Below, piece by piece: positions 22,501 to 33,800 of a stretch of 64,000 nucleotides of DNA. Source of the stretch: Macrostomum lignano (Eukaryota); assembly GCA_002269645.1 (NCBI GenBank), contig NIVC01002162.1, positions 1 to 64,000 on the forward strand, given 5' to 3'. Under the pieces are notes generated by a model. The model made no database searches. It saw only the letters and a program-made list of their open reading frames with translations, and was not told where the DNA came from. Position 1 is the first letter of the stretch, and each line of letters begins with the position of its first letter. A program made the translations under genes and the position numbers.

Positions 22501-24768
22501 ATGTTATTTAAAGCACAACTCTTACAGTATGTTTTTGACTAGCATTTTATTAAGTTGAATTTTTTTAATTTCTCTTTTTTATCTAAGAAGATAAGATACA
22601 ATATACATAAAAAGAATTAAAAGATATTTGACATAAAACTCTTAAAGACAACAATTGAGAATAATTATAAAAAATCTAATTTCATCTCATGATTAGAACT
22701 AGGTTTCTTGTGCTATTGCATATGACATAACCTATCAATATCCACCCACATTTTTGCAACCTTATAACAATTATCAGATTCTAGTTACTTTTAATTTTTT
22801 AGACTATTAATTCTAAATTTTAAAACCTAGTACTCTGGTGTTTTGTTAATCCTAGAATCAAAATCTTAGATCAAAATGATCTTAGTAATTTTGAATCTTA
22901 TGAATTAGACCTTTTATAATCCTAGAAGACCTAAGTCAAAATTGAAATACTGGTCACTAAGTTTTAGCTAGGTGTTAAATAAGATTTTAATATTGATCTC
23001 AATCATTAAGATCTTAGCACTTTTCTCAATCTTCAAAAAGAAATTAAGATTTGTGACTATGTGACTATAATATTATCATATATATTTGATATATAATCAA
23101 ATTAATAATAAGCTTAATAAGACAAAAGTAAATAATTATTGTTTTCCTTTTTATTATCATTGTACACATCTAACAAACAATAAAATTAGATAGACTAAAC
23201 TTAATCAAATCTCAATTATTTCAAAAGTATAGATCCCAAGTCTTAAAAATCTCAGAAATATGATATTATCCAACTCTTAGTTTTTACTACAATAAGATTT
23301 GTCTTTTTATTCTTGAATATTACTAACTTGAAATATCATTTTAAACTTAATTTAGAATTCTAAATATATAAAAAAACAAAAAACTTACAAGTGTATTAAG
23401 TTTAATGATAGAAAAAATACAAGACCTTGTTTGTATGCCAAAACTAAAAAATTTGCCTTTGATTCAATGCTTTCACTATATCATATATACCAGGATAAAT
23501 GCTTATATACACTAAAAATGGCAAGTACTCTTGATGTATGCTAGGATCCAAATTGCATCCCAGTATATATGTTGCTTTCTAAAATACGCCCTATGGATAT
23601 TTGATACTTATATATTTATATTAGGATACCAACAAGTCTCACTTTATGCTTGGCATCTAAACTATGATATGCTATCACTGTTTGATTGTTATCCTTGGCT
23701 TTGTCTAGGTTTAATTTTGTACAATGGGAATGTTATAGCATCTTGACTTTCCAAATCATATCTTCAAATTAAAGGATATAATTTTGTATCTTAGTGCCAA
23801 CAAAAAACAGGCTAGGTTTTTAGCATTCCTTTGGTTTACAATCACCTCAAATAGTGATGATCACCACTAAAAATAGTTGTAAGACATAAAAACCAACAAT
23901 AGTTTCAAATGAAAAGAAATCAAAAGCTAGCAAACTAACTCTATTTATTTCAAATGATGATAAGATTATTGTAGCTTATATCAGCTTTGGTATATGATCA
24001 TTTGAATATGTAACACAAATAGAAATGATTGTGAACTAAAGCTAGATTAAAATAAGTATTGTATGTAATATATATGAACTTAGGGTAAAGGTAATACTAA
24101 TATTGCTAGCTTTGGTTTGCGATCATTTCAGCAAAGTGCATATGTAAAAATGATGGTAAACCAAAGATAAGAAAGGGTGCAAAAGTGAGGAAGGATTTTG
24201 ATACCCCCAATCTAGAATGAGCAACAGTTTTCTACATGTGACTATTTGTTGAATTTGACACACTTTCATATAGCTAGCTTTGGTTCATAATCATTTTAAT
24301 AGAAAACATATATTTAAATGATTGTAAACTAAAGATGATATATATATATATGTATAATCCAATAAACTGCACTTTCAAATCTTGCATATTATTTTTTTTA
24401 GTTTTAAACACCATTTTTGTGCTGCAATAAGCAAAATATAAGGTGATTGTGAACTGAAACTGGCAAAATAAAAGGCAATTGTAAACCAAAGGAATGCCAG
24501 GTTTTTTAGGTTTTTATGCAATAGGGACACTACATAATATCCAGACTTTCCAAATCGCATTTTAAAATTGAGCCTTGGATGCAATTTTGCATGTTAGTCC
24601 AGCAAAAAACCCAGCTCTCTGTCTGTGTAGACCCTAGCTAGTGCTTTGTCAACTGTGCAATTTATGGAAAACAAGAGATATGTTAAAAAGGAATTACCTG
24701 TCAAGATCCTGAACAAGCTTCACTTCGCGTAATGAAAGTTGGGATATATCAGAATCTTTTGAAGACAT
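10558..24768 (-). CDS. KDM6A: Lysine-specific demethylase UTX/KDM6A-like (TPR + JmjC + Zn domain), ~1076 aa, 11 exons
   Basis: Exons (minus): 24768-24698, 22306-21631, 21279-20926, 20270-20091, 19553-19170, 18243-17743, 16928-16662, 15652-15383, 13586-13263, 12143-11976, 10593-10558 (last exon tentative). All join in frame with GT-AG. Motifs: TPRs ([33 protein letters not shown]|AY), [11 protein letters not shown], Jmj[12 protein letters not shown] and NAGTPHW|[14 protein letters not shown], Zn ligands YCNVCD and HCLDCAR. Confidence 0.95.
10730..11950. repeat. 20-bp repeat (CCTCTGTATCTCCCTCTCGG)n grading into a related degenerate unit, KDM6A last intron
   Basis: Visible periodicity. Confidence 0.95.
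12240..13255. repeat. ~22-bp/44-bp repeat (CCCCACACCATCAATACCACC...) in KDM6A intron
   Basis: Visible periodicity. Confidence 0.93.
13620..15300. repeat. 28-bp repeat (GATCTACAATCTCACCCCTGAGATAATG)n with higher-order blocks, KDM6A intron
   Basis: About 60 units; a diverged block recurs at 14247, 14695 and 14919. Confidence 0.96.
15823..16130 (+). mobile_element. tRNA-derived SINE with CORE-like central domain, in KDM6A intron
   Basis: A box TAGCCTAGTGG 15827-15837 and B box GGTTCGATTCC 15871-15881. Then TGTCCTTTGAGTAAGACACTTAA...CTTCAGTTCACCCAGCTGTAAAATGGG (15903-15963), resembling the CORE-SINE domain, and an AT-rich 3' end. It interrupts a 47-bp tandem repeat. Confidence 0.8.
16135..16632. 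repeat. 47-bp tandem repeat in KDM6A intron
   Basis: GTGATTTGTACTATTAAATATCAGTTGGCAGGTCTTTGTCTTGAGCA, about 8 units. Confidence 0.93.
17075..17690. repeat. ~22-bp repeat (CTCTAGATGGGGAATTCATTGA) in KDM6A intron
   Basis: Visible periodicity. Confidence 0.9.
18355..19115. repeat. 21-bp repeat (AAATAACCAATCCCACACCTC) in KDM6A intron
   Basis: Visible periodicity. Confidence 0.93.
19720..19975. repeat. ~40-bp repeat (TTTTTCGATACATAT...CTCTAGTTTTA) in KDM6A intron
   Basis: About 6-7 units. Confidence 0.85.
20340..20850. repeat. 28-bp satellite, locus 2 (KDM6A intron)
   Basis: Same unit and orientation as 7283-8538, with local GATGTGGG and CCTCGCAAC variants. Confidence 0.96.
21340..21550. repeat. 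~21-bp repeat (GGTCATTGCCAATTTGATCATT) in KDM6A intron
   Basis: Visible periodicity. Confidence 0.85.
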
Positions 24769-25639
24769 GAATTAACTTTAGTGAGAAGTTCATTCCTTAG
24801 TGTGACACATTTAATTTAATTACAAATAACTTGATTTGAACTCAATTGAAAAAGACAAATAAATGCTCTAGCTAAGTAAGTGAAAAAACCTATTCAGTAA
24901 CGTTAATAATTTAGATATCAACTACTTATTATTAGCTTCTTTAGTTTCTAGTACAGTAAATTTAGTCGCCGATTCGTTCGTTGTTTGTTTGTTCCTTCTT
25001 GCAAAAATCAGGAAAGAAACGAAGTCAATTTTTTTAACAGCAAATCAAGCAGTCAAACAAAAGTGTACAACAGCAAGCTTAATATATTTGTAAAGTTATT
25101 AGAGATGTTTTAGGTTTTCACATTTGTTCTTTTTTATACAATTTGAATTGAATTTTAAAGACTGTGTATGAAAATTGTACGGTATGCTTTTATGGTCATT
25201 TACAATATTTATTTGACACATAATTGTACGATCCACTACGATCAAAGATAATTTGTTTAATCTAATTTTTCAGTCCTGAGACTGAAACTATGCACACGTA
25301 AGCGAATAAATGAGTCAATCAGAAACTGCCTAACATTTACATTTAGTGCAATGCTGACTACAGGATCGACGCATGCAGTTGACTAGTACTATATATAATG
25401 AGTGTACATTAGTGTACACTTGGGATTACTAGCATGTACATCAGTACATGTACTAAGGTTTTAAGGTACATGTATGTAGAAACGCCGAGACACGTCATCC
25501 CTGTCCTGGGGGATCCCGTGTGTGGGATAAAAAAGATAAAATGGGAAAAATTTCATGTCAACATATTTTTGCATGTACATGTATATAATACTGTAGCCTC
25601 TAGACCAGAGACAATCGGTTCCAGTGTCCGGAGCCATGC

Positions 25640-26052
25640 TACTTACTTACTTACTTACCTTATTACTTACTAACTTACTTACTTTACTTTTTTTATTATA
25701 GAGGCAGGGGGTTGTGTGCACCCTGGCGCACTTTAAAGCGACATCAACACACAACCGGCGTGAGGCATTACTGCTCATTCCGCCGACTCCCTGAGCAGGC
25801 ATACAAGCGCGCGGATACGTACGCAGGCACACACTCACACAGGAGTGTACAGCGGCCCTAACTTTATTTTATCGTTAGGCATGTACACTTCACTGCGTCT
25901 TGGGGGTTGGCTCTCAAGGCCGTTAATTTCACAAGCAGAGCCAAGCCGAGATTCCAATTCAGCCCTAAATTAATGTGACTGCACTTGGAATCGAACCTGG
26001 GTCGCTGGCACACCAGAGCCTGTGCTAGACCGCTGGGCTACGCCCCCCCCCC
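25640..26052 (-). mobile_element. Full-length tRNA-derived SINE (family 2, subtype A) with (AAGT)n tail
   Basis: Minus-strand A box TAGCCCAGCGG (26040-26030) and B box GGTTCGATTCC (25997-25987), ~300 bp body, (AAGT)n tail at 25688-25640. The body aligns along its length with 59079-59360. Confidence 0.85.
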
Positions 26053-26545
26053 TACTTACTTTACTTACTTACTTACTTCTTACTTACTACTGACGGGGGC
26101 CCAGGTGCCGCGAATAGAGCAGAAGGTGACGTGTGATGCTCCTCGGTCTCCTCTCCTACAGTATGCCACAAAAGAGGCAGGTGGGAGGGCAACCGGTTTG
26201 CAACGAGATATGCCTCTGGAAGAATTCATGGCCGGTTAGGACCATGCACATCTCCCTGAGGTCGGTCGGTTCTGTTAAGTGAGACAGAGATGTAAACATG
26301 TATTCAGAGACTTTCCGGTTCAGTTTAATTAGACATTGCAGAGCGGGTCCGCCTGTAGTCGGTGCAACTGTTCCAGTTGAGTTGGTGTGGTGGAGCCACC
26401 TGTTGATATGGCGGGTGACTTGCGACGTACGAATGGGTACATCAGACGGTGGTTGCCGTCCGGGTTCTGATGCATGGTTACTGGCCTTGCCCTTCACCCA
26501 TGCAGATGGAGCTTCTGGAGATCCATCTGGATGCATGTGACATGT
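26053..26545 (-). mobile_element. 3' fragment of a non-LTR retrotransposon (I/Loa/R1-group-like ORF2 C-terminus), decayed
   Basis: Translation ...[32 protein letters not shown], then a stop/frameshift and GEETEEH. This is the LTGH...CxxC...ETxxH zinc-knuckle pattern of LINE ORF2 C-termini. It ends in an (AAGT)n tail at 26092-26053. Confidence 0.62.
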
Positions 26546-26674
26546 ACCCGATTGCGAATTTCTCTAGTTTCGCTGATCAACTCTCGACAGTGTGGTAAAC
26601 CTCAACTGCTAGATATCCTTATCTAGACTCCCAACAACCATTTCGTCATCATCCCGACGCCATCAGCACATTCA

Positions 26675-26724
26675 GCGGGCGGCACCAGGACCAAATGCGC
26701 AACAATGGTCCTGGTGCCGCCCGC
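26675..26724. other. Perfect GC-rich hairpin, 19-bp stem, 12-nt loop
   Basis: GCGGGCGGCACCAGGACCA-AATGCGCAACAA-TGGTCCTGGTGCCGCCCGC. Confidence 0.93.
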
Positions 26725-26939
26725 CTGCGTTGCTCGTTTCTATCGCAGCAAAAAATATTGTCTGGTTAAATGAAATTAGTCATACTTTATTATTACTACT
26801 ACACATCAATTACTAAGTAGAAATGCATGCACATGAATAATATGCCTGAAATAGCGGCAATACGTACATGCATATGCAGAGCATTGACTATGTGATACGT
26901 ATGTGATTCCCGAACCCTCTGGCATCCGATCTCTGGCGT

Positions 26940-27985
26940 CAACGGCATCTCTGCAATTCCCCTATGAGCCTCATCGGCATCTCTGCAATTGCCCTATGAG
27001 CCTCATTGGCATCTCAGCAATTCCCCACTGAGCCTCATTGGCATCTCAGCAATTCCCCACTGAGCCTCATTGGCATCTCAGCAATTCCCCACTGAGCCTC
27101 ATTGGCATCTCAGCAATTCCCCTATGAGCCTCATTGGCATCTCAGCAATTCCCCACTGAGCCTCATTGGCATCTCAGCAATTCCCCACTGAGCCTCATTG
27201 GCATCTCAGCAATTCCCCACTGAGCCTCATTGGCATCTCAGCAATTCCCCACTGAGCCTCATTGGCATCTCAGCAATTCCCCTATGAGCCTCATTGGCAT
27301 CTCAGCAATTCCCCACTGAGCCTCATTGGCATCTCAGCAATTCCCCACTGAGCCTCATTGGCATCTCAGCAATTCCCCACTGAGCCTCATTGGCATCTCA
27401 GCAATTCCCCTATGAGCCTCATTGGCATCTCAGCAATTCCCCACTGAGCCTCATTGGCATCTCAGCAATTCCCCACTGAGCCTCATTGGCATCTCAGCAA
27501 TTCCCCACTGAGCCTCATTGGCATCTCAGCAATTCCCCACTGAGCCTCATTGGCATCTCAGCAATTCCCCTATGAGCCTCATTGGCATCTCAGCAATTCC
27601 CCACTGAGCCTCATTGGCATCTCAGCAATTCCCCACTGAGCCTCATTGGCATCTCCGCAATTTCCCTATGAGCATTGGATTATCGTAATCTCAGAAATTT
27701 CCCTATGAGCATTGATTATCGGAATCTCAGAAATTTCCCTATGAGCCTCATTGGCCTCTCAGCAATTCCCCTATGAGCCTCATTGGCCTCTCAGCAATTC
27801 CCCTATGAGCCTCATTGGCATCTCATCAATTCCCCTATGAGCCTCATTGGTCTCTCAGCAATTCCCCTATGAGCCTCATTGGTCTCTCAGCAATTCCCCT
27901 ATGAGCCTCGTTGGCCTCTCAGCAATTCCCCTATGAGCCTCGTTGGCCTCTCAGCAATTCCCCTATGAGCGTCATCAGCATCTCA
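26940..27985. repeat. 32-bp tandem repeat (GGCATCTCAGCAATTCCCCACTGAGCCTCATT)n between KDM6A and Snail
   Basis: About 32 head-to-tail units with no spacers; internal CTCAG/CTGAG inverted motif. Confidence 0.96.
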
Positions 27986-28578
27986 GCAGTTCGATTTAAA
28001 TCTAATTACAATATCAATCAAATTATCAGAAAGCAATTGCTTAATGGTGTTAAAATAAAAAAAGAAACATGAGGTTTGCTATTTGTTTAACCTGTTGGAT
28101 TAGTTAAAACGAACAACAAGTAAGCAAAACAAAGGATCTCAGAGGGATATTTCTGGGTTCTGGACCGACGAAAAAGGGACCGCGCCTCCAATCCTCACCA
28201 ATGCCTTTCTCTCCTCTCCGTCCACCAATCAGCAAGTTCGAATCCTTCTCCTATTGGCTGCTCAGAATGCCGCCGCCTCATCACAAACTCCTGGCTCAAT
28301 GGGGATCAACAGACTATCTCCTACTCCTCAATTGTGCCGGCAGCTGGGATATTACCCTGCTCAATATATAAAGTCTTCCACAGAAGAAATTGAAGCCAAG
28401 CAAAAAGATAATATTACATCTACAGCTCGTATAGTGAAAGGTGTGAAAGGTGCCACTTGTGCACGAGCCAAGATATAAATAGCGCATAGCAACTCTGATT
28501 TCATCTGCTTTCTGCAGTGCCAATTTCATTTTAATATATTAAGATCTACCCGCTGCTCCTCAATTGTCAGTGTGAGAG

Positions 28579-28611
28579 TATATAAAGTGAAAGTGACATT
28601 GTGTGTCAGTG
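28579..28611 (+). promoter_or_regulatory. Candidate TATA + Inr core promoter of the Snail gene
   Basis: TATATAAAG at 28579-28587 and TCAGT Inr with A at 28608 (TATA at about -29), 19 nt before CAAAAATG (28627). Three CCAAT/ATTGG boxes lie at ~28198-28257. Confidence 0.55.
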
Positions 28612-28626
28612 AAGAAACTAACAAAA

Positions 28627-30706
28627 ATGACAAATGCCCCAGTTGGCTGTTGGACTGTGCCTGCAGCCATTGCTGGCGATCGTCTTTGTGGTGAGTCTCA
28701 AAGAAAGCACGCGTTTTTTCTGCTTTGCTTATATTTATCTAAAATGGCACCCATCAAATCTAAAATGGCACCCTACAAATTCAAAATGGCAACCCTTCAA
28801 ATCTAAAATGACACCCTACAAATTCAAAATGGCACCTTTCAGATTCAAAATGGCACCCTTCACATTTAAAATGGCACCCTTCAGATTCAAAATGGCACCC
28901 TTCAGATTCAGAATGGCACCCTTCAAATTCAAAATGGCACCCTTCAGATTCAAAATGGCACCCTTCAGATTCAGAATGGCACCCTTCAAATTCAAAATGG
29001 CACCCTTCAGATTCAAAATGGCACCCTTCAGATTCAGAATGGGACACATTCAGATTCAAATGGCACCCTTCAGATTCAAAATGGCACCCTTCAGATTCAA
29101 AATGGCACCCTTCAGATTCAAAATGGCACCCTTCAGATTCAAAATGGCATCCTTCAGATTCAAAACGGCACCCTTCAGATTCAAAATGGCATCCTTCAGA
29201 TTCAAAATGGCACCCTTCAGATTCAAAATGGCACCCTTCAGATTCAAAATGGCACCCTTCAGATTCAAAATGGCACCCTTCAGATTCAAAATGGCACCCT
29301 TCAGATTCAAAATGGCACCCTTCAGATTCAAAATGGCACCCTTCAGATTCAAAATGGCATCCTTCAGATTAAAAATGGCACCCTTCAGATCAACTCATAC
29401 AAGCGCCGCGCCCCTCTCTCCAGCCGCAGACACAGTTGCTAGGCAACCAAGCGTCGGCTCGCTTCGCTCCACCCCTGCAGCCGCTTTGATCAGCAAATCC
29501 GCAACTCACCCAGCAACTGCGAATCAGCTCACCCAGCCTCCGCCTCAGCAGCCTCATCAACAGCCGGCCATGTCGCCGTTCGAATTTCACTGGCCGGCAT
29601 CAGCGGCTCTGCAGCATCCGCTGCCAGATCCTCGCCTCCTGCTGTCGCTGCAGAACTCTCCGATCCCGATGGCGGCCGCGGCAGCCGCCGCAGCAGCGGC
29701 TATGAACCCCCTGCTCCGCCAGTCAGCCAGCTGCTCTCTGATGCTGTCTCTGCAGCGCTCCATCAACCAGCAGCCGGAGCTGAAGCCTACCTTGGAAAAC
29801 ATTCGCGCTTATCCTCAGCTGTTCGCTGACTTTCAAATGCGAGCTCTGGCCAAGGCGCGCGAGCTGCAGCGGTTCGCCGCTCAGGTGCCGCCTCCGCCAC
29901 CGCCACCGCCAGCTCTGGCCCAGTCGCCGCCGCAGACTTCGCCATCTGAGCTCCTTCACGGCAGCGTCGGAAGCTTCGTCGACGAACTCTTGACAACGTC
30001 GCCGACTGTGTCCTCGCCGCCGCCTCCGCCGCCCCCGATTCCAACAGCGATGGACAACAACAGCAACGGCAGTCCGACAATGGAGCTGGTGCAGCAGCAG
30101 CAAAGATTCTCCTGCGAAAAATGTCGACGAAGTTACACGACAAGCGCCGGTCTGTTGAAGCACCGTGAGTCGGGCAGCTGCGGCCGAGGCGTCGCGTCTC
30201 ATCACGTAGCGGCGTCCGCTGCTCAGAGCTCAGAGCCAGTCAAGCGGTTCAGCTGCACCCGCTGTCACAAAGTCTACTACAGCCTGAGCGCGCTGAAGAT
30301 GCACATCCGGACGCACACCCTCCCCTGCCAGTGCAAAATCTGCGGCAAAGCCTTCAGCCGGATGTGGCTGCTCAACGGGCACATCCGGACTCACACTGGG
30401 GAGAAGCCGTTCGAGTGCGGCGTCTGCCAGCGAGCGTTTGCCGACAGGTCCAACCTGCGGGCGCACATGCAGACTCACTCGGAGGTGAAGAAGTACCGCT
30501 GCCAGGCCTGCGGCAAGACCTTCAGCCGCATGGGGCTGCTCACTAAGCATCGTAACGGCGGCGGCGGTTGCTGCATCGAAGTTGGCATCGGCGTTGCCGC
30601 TATTGCGACGGCGGCGGCGACTGCGTCCACCCAGGATTCGTCCGGCTCGATCGGCGCGGCGGAGGAAGACGAGCTGCAATATTCAAGCGCGGGCCAGGAG
30701 GACTGA
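28627..30706 (+). CDS. snail: Snail-family C2H2 zinc-finger transcription factor (5 fingers, first degenerate)
   Basis: The C-terminal array [37 protein letters not shown]...[22 protein letters not shown]...[12 protein letters not shown] is Snail-type rather than Scratch-type. Preferred model: exon 28627-28690 (donor GTGAGT) plus 29424-30706 (acceptor CTCTCTCCAG), phase 1. The N-terminus is uncertain; alternative ATGs lie at 28634 and 29570. Confidence 0.9.
28740..29390. repeat. 21-bp repeat (TTCAGATTCAAAATGGCACCC)n in proposed Snail intron
   Basis: About 30 units, stop-free in the Snail frame. Confidence 0.95.
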
Positions 30707-30924
30707 AACCTGTGGATCGTTACTTGTTTATATATGCTCATATATATATTATGAAGATAACTGGCATTGTAAATTGCTGATTTATGTAGCTAAACGTAAA
30801 TCAAACTCCGCGCGTTCCAGTCTCCAGCTGTTGTTCCCGAACCCAATAGCGCGCTCGTATTTCTCTTGCTCTTGCTTATAGACAACCGTAACTTGATTGA
30901 TTTGATCTGGGCTTAGCACTCCTA

Positions 30925-31170
30925 ATTGGCGATTTTTAGGGGGCGATTTTTAGATGGGCGATTTTTAGGGGGCGATTTTTAGGGGGCGATTTTTAGGGGG
31001 CGATTTTTAGGGGGCAATTTTTAGGGGGCGATTTTTAAAAGCGAGTTTAAGAGTCGATTTTTAAGGGGCGATTTTTAGGGGGCGATTTTTAGGGGGCGAT
31101 TTTAAAAGCGAGTTTTAGAGGCGATTTTTAAGGGACGATTTTTAGGGGGGGGGGGCGATTGTTAGGAGCG
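30925..31170. repeat. ~14-bp repeat (GGCGATTTTTAGGG)n
   Basis: Visible periodicity. Confidence 0.88.
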
Positions 31171-31789
31171 ATTTTTTTAGAATCTAAACTTTACTTAAAT
31201 ATGGCGTTTTTGAAGATCATTTTAAAAGTCCCCGATATTTAAATTAATACGCTCGTACGTAATTGTTGTTTTTATCCTAGTCAGATGTTCACCTTACTTG
31301 CACTTTCAATTCTGTGTACTCTGTATTCAAGCCTTCATATCATGCTTCGTAAATCAAGACGTTTTTCTTGATATTACATCACTGATAGTTCAAAAATTTA
31401 TAGAAAAACTTTAGCTAGACAAAGCTCACACGGACAGCCATCACTTGATGCCCAACTGAGCTGCACAGCAAGCATATTTATTAATATAATATTACATTAT
31501 AAATAAAACATTAATATAATATATTAATACATTATAATTTGAATGTAAATGCATGTGCTCTATCTGCAGTTACCAAATCTGAAATGTTCAATGCTCATTT
31601 TGTTATTGGCAACTGTTCTTAACATAATCAATACAATATCACTATGCACAATTTGCATATTAGCCTAAATGTCAACTTTACTGATGCTTTAAAGTATTTG
31701 CCTTTTTTTCTTCAGAAGGCAGCTATGTCTACCCACTTGATTCAGCCATTTGACTCGTGCTGACTCTTTGACTTGTAATCAGCCCCTCC

Positions 31790-32835
31790 TTGAGACATGT
31801 CTCACCTTGACCCCTGCTAACACACTCTCTTGACCCGTGTAACACACTCTCTTGACCCATGGCTGACACACTCTCTTGACCCGTGTAACACACTCTCTTG
31901 ACCCATGGCGGACACACTCTCTTGACTCTGCTAACACACTCTCTTGACCCATGGCTGACACACTCCCTGACCCATGCTGACACACTCCCTGACCCATCGC
32001 TAACACACTCCCTGACCCATGGCTGACACACTCCCTGACCTATGCTGACACACTCCCTGACCCATGCTGACACACTCCCTGACCCATGCTGACACACTCC
32101 CTGACCCATGCTGACACACTCCCTGACCCATGCTGACACACTCCCTTACCCATGCTGACACACTCCCTGACCCATGCTGACACACTCTCTTGACCCATGG
32201 CTGACACACTCCCTGACCTATGCTGACACACTCCCTGACCCATGCTGACACACTCCCTGACCCATGCTGACACACTCCCTGACCCATGCTGACACACTCC
32301 CTGACCCATGCTGACACACTCCCTGACCCATGCTGACACACTCTCTTGACCCATGGCTGACACACTCCCTGACCCATGCTGACACACTATCTTGACCCAT
32401 GCTGACACACTCTCTTGACCCATGGCTGACACACTCTCTTGACCCATGCTGACACACTCCCTGACCCATGCTGACACACTCCCTGACCCATGCTGACACA
32501 CTCCCTGACCCATGCTGACACACTCCCTGACCCATGCTGACACACTCCCTGACCCATGCTGACACACTCCCTGACCCATGCTGACACACTCTCTTGACCC
32601 ATGGCTGACACACTCTCTTGACCCATGGCTGACACACTCTCTTGACCCCTGATAACACACTCCCTGACCCATGGCTGACACACTCCCTGACCCATGCTGA
32701 CACACTCTCTTGACCCATGGCTGACACGCTCCCTGAACCATGCTGACACACTCCCTTGACCCATGTTGACACATTCTCTTACCCATGGATGACACACTCT
32801 CTTAACCCATGGCTGACACACTCCCTGACCCACTG
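31790..32835. repeat. 22-25-bp repeat (TGACCCATGCTGACACACTCCC)n
   Basis: Visible periodicity. Confidence 0.95.
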
Positions 32836-33484
32836 ACCCATTATCTCACCGGTGAGTCACCGATCATCCACCCGGTGGTAGTTGACCTGCCTTACCCTAT
32901 TTAATACTTTAATACGACTTTCTAACCTGATCCGTTACAGCAGTTCCTGGCGGAACGGATCTTACCGCGGGCCAGACAGACACGGGACGGAGGAAGGGGG
33001 AAGGGATGAGAGGGGCTAGGGGGGGGGGGTAATCGAGTATCATCCCCCTAACTCAATTAATTCCCTCACTACACGCAGCGCCAGGTCTATCCTTCTTACA
33101 GCGACCCAGCCCGGCGCTTTGGTGACCTTCCACTCCATCATTCAAGGGATGCTATCAGAGGGGGGGGAGATTTGGGAAGCGAGAGAAAGAAAATGAGGAT
33201 AGTCGGGGATTTGCAGTCACCTTCTCCTAGATGCGAGCAGGCCACTGCACTTGATGGCTGCTGCTGTCCCTAATGGCCCCCTGGCCCCCATCCCGATGTG
33301 TTTTGTGTCCCTGATAGGCGAGCTCTTATTTTTGTTTTTAGAATTCAATTTTTTCTCTCGGACGGGATTTTAGACAGGTCCTGCTAGCCTGCCGAATCTA
33401 ATTTGCCTCTTAGTGGGCCCTGCGGAGTGCTCGGGGCAGCGTCACAGCGTATAGGGCTGGCGCGAGGGGACTCGTGCCGAGGCA

Positions 33485-33800
33485 GGGAAAGGAGAGGGCA
33501 GAGAAGAGAGGGGAGAAGAGGGGGAGAGAAGAGAGGGCAGAGAAGAGAGGGGAGCGAAGAAAGGGGAGAGAAGAAAGGGGAGAGTATATGTGCAGAGAAA
33601 ATAGGGGAAAGAAGAGAGGGCAGAGAAGAGAGGGCAGAGAAGAGAGGGCAGAGAAGAGAGGGCAGAGAAGAGAGGGCAGAGAAGAGAGGGCAGAGAAGAG
33701 AGGGCAGAGAAGAGAGGGCAGAGAAGAGAGGGCAGAGAAGAGAGGGCAGAGAAGAGAGGGCAGAGAAGAGAGGCGAGAGAATCGAGGGAAGAAAAGAGAG
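33485..33800. repeat. 14-bp purine repeat (GAGGGCAGAGAAGA)n
   Basis: Visible periodicity. Confidence 0.92.

Noticed and set aside
26940-27985. CRISPR-like array (32-bp palindromic repeat)
   Set aside because: Units are head-to-tail with no unique spacers, there are no cas genes, and the context is eukaryotic.
28634-29423. FKMAPFR repeats as a constitutive part of Snail (690-aa ORF)
   Set aside because: The region is bounded by a strong GT donor and AG acceptor, so it is most simply an intron. Kept only as a possible retention isoform.
30925-31170. Interstitial telomeric repeat (TTAGGG)
   Set aside because: TTAGGG occurs only as part of a 14-bp GGCGATT-family unit, not in 6-bp tandem.
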